A model generated the notes under the pieces. The model was not told the origin of the DNA. It searched no databases and was given only the letters and a program-made list of their open reading frames with translations. Of a stretch of DNA of 64,000 nt, positions 57,201-64,000 are shown piece after piece (the stretch's first letter is position 1; every line of letters begins with the position of its first letter). Both the position numbers and the translations under genes were made by a program. The stretch is from Eutreptiella sp. 'Long Island Sound 2002' (taxonomy: Eukaryota > Protista > Euglenida), in NCBI GenBank assembly GCA_964036045.1, contig OZ038378.1, positions 84,940,001 to 85,004,000 on the forward strand, written 5' to 3'.

Positions 57201-60200
57201 CGCATTGCAAGAGTTCTCTGCCCACTGCCCCCAAGCAGTGTGGCAGTGCATTACAGGAGTTGCCTTGCCCACGGCCGCCAGGCGGTGTGGCAGTGCATTG
57301 TAGGAGTGGCGCTTTCCAATGCCCCAAAGCAGTGGGGCAATGCATTGCAGGAGTTCCACTGTTGACGTTGACGCCCCCATGCAGTGAGACAGTGCATTGC
57401 ATGAGTTCCACTGCCCACTGCCTCCAGCTGCTAAGACAATTCATTGCAGGACTTCCAGTGCCCACTGCCCCCAGGTAGCGTGGCGGTGCATTGCAAGAGT
57501 ACCGCTCTTTGGGCAGCAACCGCCTCCACGGCAAAACTCCTCGTCCCGCCAAGAAGTGGGCCCGTGCATAGCAGGAGTTCCAATGCCTACCATCCCCAAG
57601 CGCTCTGGCAATGCATTACAAGAGTTGCACTGCCCACTGCCCACAGGCAATAAGGCAGTGCGTTGTAGCGGTTTCACCGCCCACCGCCCCCAGGCGGTGA
57701 GGCAGTGCGTTCCATCACTTCTACTGCCCCCTGCCCCCATACAGTGAGGCAATGCATTGTGAGGAGTTCCACTGCCCACTGCCCCTGGGTAGTGAGGCAG
57801 CGCACTGCAGGGATACCACTCTTTAGGCAGCGACCGCCTCTTGGGCAGGACTCCCGGTGCCCCAAGATGGTGGACCCCGCATTGCCAGAGTTCCACTGCC
57901 CAGCGCCCCGGTTAGGCCTGGTTAGGGGCAGGCGCTGTGGAACTGCATCAAAGGAGTTGCACTGCCTACTGCCCCCAGGCAGTGAGGCAATGTATTGCAG
58001 GAGTTGCATTGCCCATTGCCGACAGTCCGTGTGGCAGTACATTAGAGCAGTTCCACTTGCCACTGCCCCTGGGCATTGAGGTAGTGCATGACAGGAGTCC
58101 CACTGCTTACCGACCCTGAGCAGGGTGGGAGTTCATGACAGGAGTTCCACTGCGCGTTGCCCCCAGGCAGCGAGGCAGTGTATTGCTAGAGTACCCTTCC
58201 TTAGGCAGTGACCGCCTCCTGAGCACAACTCCCCGTCCCCCCAGCTGGTCGGCCCGTGCATTGGAGGAGTTCCACTGCCCACTGCCCCTGGGCACTGTGG
58301 CAGTGCATCACAGGAGTTGCCCTGCCCACGGCCGCCAGGCGGTGTGGCAGTGCATTGTAGGAATTGCACTGCCCACTGCCCCCATGCAGTGCGACAATGC
58401 ATTGCACTAGTTCCACTGCCCACTGCCCCCAGGCCGTCACACAGTGCATTGCATGAGTTCCACTGCCCACTGCCTTCAAGCAGTGTGGTAGTGCATTGCA
58501 AGAATTCCGCTCTTTAGGCGGCGACCGCCTCTTGGGCAGGGTTCCCCGCCCCCCCCTCTAGTGGGTCCGCGCATTGCAGGAGTTCCGTTGCGTAGCGCCC
58601 CAATGCGTTGTGGCAGTGCATTACAACAGTTGCCCTGCCCACTCCCCAAGGCAATGTGGCAGTGCATCGTAGGAGTTCGGGTGTCCTTTGGCCCCAAGCA
58701 GCGAGGGAATGCATCACAAGAGTTCCATTGCCCACCGCCGCAGATATTGTGGCAGCTCATTGCAGGAATTCCACTGCCCACTACCCCCAAGCGGTAGGGC
58801 ATTGCATTGCAGGATTTCCACTGCCCACTTGCCCCAGGCACTGGGGCAGTGCATAGCAGGACTTTGACTACCCGTTGCCCCCAGGCAGTGAGTGAAGTGC
58901 ATTGTAGGAGTTCCAGTGCCCACTGCCCGCTGGCGGCGTGGCAGTGCATTGCAGAAGCTCCACTTCCCACTACCCCCGGGCAGTGAGGCAGTGTATTGCA
59001 GGAGTGGCACTACCCACTGCCACCAGGCAGTGAGGCAGTGCGTGGAATGAGTTCCACGGCCCACTGCTACTGGGCCTTGAAGCGGTAAGTTGTAGGAGTT
59101 CCACTCCCCACAGCTTCCAAGCAGTGAGGCAGTGCAATGCAGGAGTTCCGCTGCCCACTGCCCCTGGGCACTGTGGTAGTGCATTGCGAAATTTCCACTC
59201 TTTAGGCAGCGACCGCCTCCTGGGCAAGACTCTGCTTCCCCCCAGCTGGTGGCCTGGCGCATGCCCGAGGTCCATTGCAGGACTTGCAGTGCCCACTGCC
59301 CCTGGGCAGTGTGGCGGTGCATTGCAGTAGTTCCACTGTCATTGCACTCCGGCGGTGCATTGCGGGTGTTGCAGTGCCTACTGCCCCCAGGCAGTGAGTG
59401 CAGTGCATTGCAGGAGTTCCACTGCCCACTGCCCTTAGGCAGTGAGTCTTAGGCAGTGAGGCAATGCATTGCAGGAGTTCCAGTGCCCACCGCCTCCAGG
59501 TAGTGTGCATATACGGCAAGAAGTTGCCTCCCCCCTCCCCGTACCTAGGAGGTACGGGGGGGGCGACGGGGGGGGTTCGGGGGGGAGGTACGGGGGGGTA
59601 CGGGTGGGAGGTACGGGGGGTACAAGGGGGGGGGGTACGGGGGGGAGGTACGGGGTGGTACGGGGGTTACGGGGGGGGTGCGGGCCGGAGGTATTGGGGG
59701 GGGACGGGGGGGATGTAAGGGGGGGGGGGTACGGGGGATTTGGCGGTTCACACACAAGGCGGTGCGCACAAAGGGCGCTGCATACACAAGGCGGCGCGCA
59801 CAAAACACCGTCTCTAGCCACCGCAAGAGTCTTGTTATTTAAGGGGCCACAGGCAAGGCGGTACACACGGAAGGCGGTACACACATAAGCCCGTGCACAC
59901 AAAAGGCGGCCTGTAGCCACCGCTAGAGTCTTGTTATTTAAGGGGCCACAGGCAAGGTAGTACACACGGAAGGCGGTACACACAGAGGGCGGTGCAACCA
60001 CAAGGCAGTGCACACAACACGCGGTCTATAGCCACTGCAGGCGTCTTGTAATCTAAGCGGAGATGCGGGGGCTGGCCCCCGCGTCGAGCGAAGCAAGGCG
60101 AACTACGGTTACGGGGGGGGGCGTTACGGGGGGGAGGTACATGGGGGGTACGGGGGGGCCGTACGGGGGGGTACGGGGGTGTGGTCCGGAGGGGGGGGGC

Positions 60201-60690
60201 GACTTCTTGCAGAATATCTACTGTGGCAGTGCATTGCGTGAGTTCCGCTACGCACTGCCCCCCGGCAGTGAGGCAGTGTCTTGTAGCAGTTCCACTGCCC
60301 ACTGCCCTTAGGAAGTGAGGCAGTGCATTGCAGGAGTTCCAATGCCCACTGCCCCCGGGCAATGAGGTAGTGCATTGCCGGAGGTCCACTCCCCACTGGC
60401 TCTAGGTAGTGTGGTAGGTCATTGCACGAAGTCCACTTCCCTGTGTCCCCAGGCAGTGGGGCAATGCATAGTAGGAGTTCCACTGCCGGCTGCCCCCAGG
60501 CAGTGACTGCAGTGCATTGCAAGAGTTGCACTCCCCACTGCCCCCAAGCACTGTTGCAGTGCATTGCAGAAGTTCCACTTCCCACTGCCCCAAGGCAGTG
60601 AGGGAGTGTGCATTGAAGGAGGTTCACTACCCAGTGCCCCCAATCAGTGTGGCAGTGACTTGCAGAGGTTCCACCGCCCACTGCCCCCTG
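51283..60690. repeat. ~8.7-kb satellite of 47-nt hairpin monomers with interspersed higher-order modules
   Basis: Consensus GCAGGAGTTCCACTGCCCACTGCCCCCAGGCAGTGTGGCAGTGCATT at 47-nt spacing (for example 52441 to 52488); interrupted at 59508-60218. Confidence 0.97.
59508..60218. mobile_element. MITE-like insertion in the satellite
   Basis: TIRs CATATACGGCAAGAAGTTGCCTCCCCCC and the reverse complement of GGGGGGGGCGACTTCTTGCAGAATATC. Flanks TAGTGTG (59501-07) and TACTGTG (60219-25). G-rich subterminal tracts and an internal ~115-nt triplicated module. Confidence 0.8.
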
Positions 60691-61069
60691 CGATTGCGGA
60701 AGGACCGTGATCGAGGAGGCAGCGCTTTGGCAGGGAAACCCGCTTTCAGGACTACCTCCGACACGGGCCTGAACTGGCCTAACACCGAGGACACCATCAG
60801 CGTTGGCCTCAATATTTTGGACCCCTCTTTAACCCCGGTGACCCGGCACCAGTCTAAAAATCCTCAAGATGGTAGCTGTAGGACAATCTGCCTACACGCA
60901 CTGCCAACCTTGAAGTCAGTTGTGATGCGTCGTGTTTGTCGTGCCAGTGCTCAACTCCTCTCCTGCCATCGTGGCCCCTGTCTCAACTCTACTCCACCCG
61001 TATGGTGCACTCTCTCTCTTGTCGTCGCCGTGTCTCCGAGGGCTGAGTGCCGCACCACATGTGCGTCCC

Positions 61070-64000
61070 TCCCCCTTGCGCAACCCCCTCCCGTCCACAG
61101 TGGGCGCGTCGTCCTACAACCAGCGCTGGCAAGACGTCGACCTCGCCGTGGCAGTCTTCCACGCCGCTACGCGGCGAGCCGCGACGGGGACCGCATTGGA
61201 CATGCCTGGCGCTCTATGTGACGCCTTAAGCAGGGGTATCGTGAGCCACTTACCGCGTCGCCCCACCGGAGGGCCCCGCTCGCGTATATGCCCCATGGGT
61301 TGCAGCCCTGCGCGCCGGCGCAGCGCTCCCCTCGCACCCCCGTCTTCGTGAATCCGGGGACCCCCATCCGCCGGCGCACTTCGCCAGGCAGCCCCACGTT
61401 GCTCTGCCCTCTCGCGCCATGATTTTTGTTTTGTCACACCATGGCCACGCTTCTGGCACCCTATGATTTTCTTTGGCGCCCAGACCACTGGGTGCTACCA
61501 CTACCGCTCGCGTTCCTCTCGTAACTTCCGGGCCCCTATACACTGCCCCCTTCCCGATGTCTCGCGACTGCAAGCCACGCGCTCCCTTTTCGTTACAACA
61601 AACCATGTCTGACCGCTCAACAACCTCCCAAGACTCCCCCTCCCCTGCCCCCGACACTGGTCGAGGCAGCGCCCTACGCTGGGGACCGTTCCCCGTGTTC
61701 CTGATGGATATCGCTCAATCCGATGACGGTGATCGGCTCCTACGGGATCTGGACATGCTGAAGGATGACACGCTGGCGGCAGCGGATAAGGCTCTCCAGG
61801 CCCCCGACCCCGCCCTGTCCGACCTATGCAATGCCGTACGATGGACGGCGGCAAATGGAAGCATCCAAGCTATCACCGCCGTGATAGGGGCATGGACGCC
61901 AAGGGGGCTTGTGCTAACGGCCACCGTTACGGTCGCCACGACCCCCCGTCGGAAGTGAAAGTTAGCGAGCATGTCCCCCTGGCGCTTGCGCAAGGCGGCC
62001 CGCTGGTGGAATATGTTTTCCAAGGACCCCGATGCCCTCACCGCCGCCCTGGTCACGCGGTGGAGCCTCGGGAACGCCCGCATCTCCGCAGCCCGCCTCC
62101 GCCTCCTGGTGTTCCGCGGCCTCTACACGGTCCGCGAGAAGGCCCCGCCCGTCGACAGCAACGTGGCCCTAGAAATCCCGAGCCATAAGGTCTCGTACAA
62201 GCTTCACAAGCCCATCAACCAGTTCTTGCCCCCCTACCTCAGGCCATCATGGGACCCCCTGCGGACCCGAGAGGTGGTGGCAGCTTTTTGGGCACTGCCC
62301 AATGACGTGCATGTGGTCCTGCAAGCGGCCTAGATCCCGACGGCGGACCTCATGCCGCTGAAGTTCACCTCTTGGCCTGGGCCTCCTCCATCTACCTCTC
62401 GGGGCAGTTCACGTTGGCCCCGGTCGCCCGCCCCCCTCCCCCGGCCAATAAGGGCATGTGGGCCCTTGACCAGCTGCGGCCGCTGCTGGAGTGCTCGGGC
62501 CTCGTGTTCCGCAGCGCTGAGCTGCTGCAACAGATCGAGCAGGCCGGGGAGCACTCGTGGGCCACAGCCCCCACCATCGTCCTCCTGCAAGCTGGCATCC
62601 AAGACACACCCAGCCCCCCTCCCCTCACCCCACCCAGCCAGGCGCCCTACCTCGCCAAGGGGCCGCCTGCCCCCAACCCAGTGGGGTCCCTGTATGCATG
62701 AGCTGCATTCACCCCGGCGTTAGCGCTTTACCGCTCCCAGGACGCGGCCACTCCCGCGAGCTATGACCAGTCGCCTACGTCGCTCCTACCCGAGCCGCAG
62801 AAATTTTCCTTCACCATCCCCGAGCCCGCCTCGCAGGTCAAGCTAGCTGCCACTGACCCCACGCCGCCCGAGTCGCCTACCCTCGCTACTGCCCCCCCCC
62901 CCCCCAGCCCCTCGCAGTTGGGTGAGCCCTTTGTCCCGGACCTGGACGTGTAAGCCTACTCCACCGACTATGCCCAGCTAAGTGACCGGTATGATGCCCA
63001 GCAGCAGGTGCTGCGCGTTGCACAAAAGGACCTAGAGTCTCTCAAGCGAGACCTGGACATGATCCGCACTGAACGGCACAACGCCAGTTGGACGGTCCGC
63101 CGTTGCACAGCGGGAAGCTGAGGCTACTAAGTTGAACGGCTTCATCCACTGTTTGCCCCCCCTCCTGTCCATTGCCACCAAGGTGCGCAGCCTCCATTTC
63201 ACGCCACGTGCATTCGCCAACGCCGTGCGGAGTGCGGTGCAGGCCTCTTTCGAGCTACCGCCGCCGGGCTCCCCGCAATTCCTAGCCCTCGTGCCCGTCA
63301 TCCTCGCCGCCGCTGTCCTCACCTCGCCCCAGATGCTTGACCTTGATGACCTAGCTGGCCTTCTCAGGCACGTTGTGACTGTGGCTGGCCCGGTGGCTGT
63401 TCCCGAGGCCCCCACGGATGCGCCCAACATATCCATTGCTGTCCCGGCCCCGGTTCCCGAACCCCGGGCAGCTGCCGCACTCCGGGCCCCGGGTGCTCCT
63501 CTCCGGCCACCGTCACCGACACACTCCTCCACCGACGCCGTGTTGGCTTCCCTTCTAAAATTGATCCCCACGATCTCACAAGGATGCGAGGCCGAAGTTG
63601 CCCACGCCTTCCACCTCCAGCTGTTCCGCCACCACGGCGCGAGAGTCAGCTCCCTTCCGCAGTCCCCGATTCGGGATCGATGGACATGGGTCCGCAGCCA
63701 CGCACTGAGCCTGCCCAGCATCGCGGAAGTCCTGCGCACCTTCCTCGCCAGCCCTTCCCCAGTCCAACAAATTGTGGACAGACCTGCCGCCTCCCCGGCC
63801 GAAGCCAAGGCTGCCAACCAGGCAGAGGGTGCGGTCAAGAAGAAGGGGTACACGCCCCAGAAGGTGAACCCCGTGTTGTTCTCCAAGGCGCTCTGGGTCG
63901 GGTGGCAGGAGCTCGACGAACCCCCGGCGGGGGAGGTGGGCGCTGGGTTGCTGGGAGGCATCCTCCGCGACAAGTTCGGTGTCGGGCTTGCGTGCATCTC
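61070..64000 (+). pseudogene. Decayed intronless long ORF(s), gag-like; runs off the window end
   Basis: Protein-like frames separated by single stops. Coiled-coil stretch YAQLSDRYDAQQQVLRVAQKDLESLKRDLDMIRTE (~62970-63075). Frame open 63131-64000 (290 codons; absent from the ORF track, mirrored by the antisense ORF 63032-63997). Confidence 0.5.

Noticed and set aside
51283-60690. CRISPR-like array or Cys/His-rich protein ORFs in the 47-nt satellite
   Set aside because: There are no unique spacers between repeats and no cas genes. The many overlapping ORFs in all frames are translation artefacts of a stop-poor unit.
63032-63997. 321-aa ORF on the - strand
   Set aside because: It is the antisense shadow of the GC-rich + strand frame open from 63131, which reads as the more protein-like strand.
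44535-64000. Stop-codon reassignment (many in-frame TAGs in long frames)
   Set aside because: The same ORFs also contain frameshifts, while the WDR90 exons and the young LINE ORF have no in-frame stops; pseudogene decay explains it.

Overview
Eukaryotic nuclear DNA, very repeat-rich and probably euglenid. That assignment is an inference from GTGYG-biased donor sites, kb-sized introns and a VIPER/TATE-like element. I can reconstruct one host gene on the + strand: 11 GT-AG exons (12515-42422, 1820 nt, all splice phases consistent) encoding the WD40 region of a WDR90/POC16-like centriolar protein. Its 5' and 3' ends are not confidently placed. Most of the rest is mobile or repetitive DNA. 1-6100 holds composite minisatellite blocks with a 1662-bp tandem duplication, followed by a decayed MULE-like transposase. 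The introns contain a J-domain (HPD)-bearing insertion, tRNA-derived elements, a split Penelope-like RT remnant, and a young APE-RT LINE with an 18-19 bp TSD and a ~120-aa insert inside the RT palm. Downstream lies a decayed tyrosine-recombinase-type retroelement whose gag is preceded by an intronless ALDH fragment and two ubiquitin-like domains. It is cut by an ~8-kb array of 47-nt hairpin monomers that itself hosts a MITE, and another gag-like ORF runs off the window end. All protein assignments are by eye from motifs; no searches were run.
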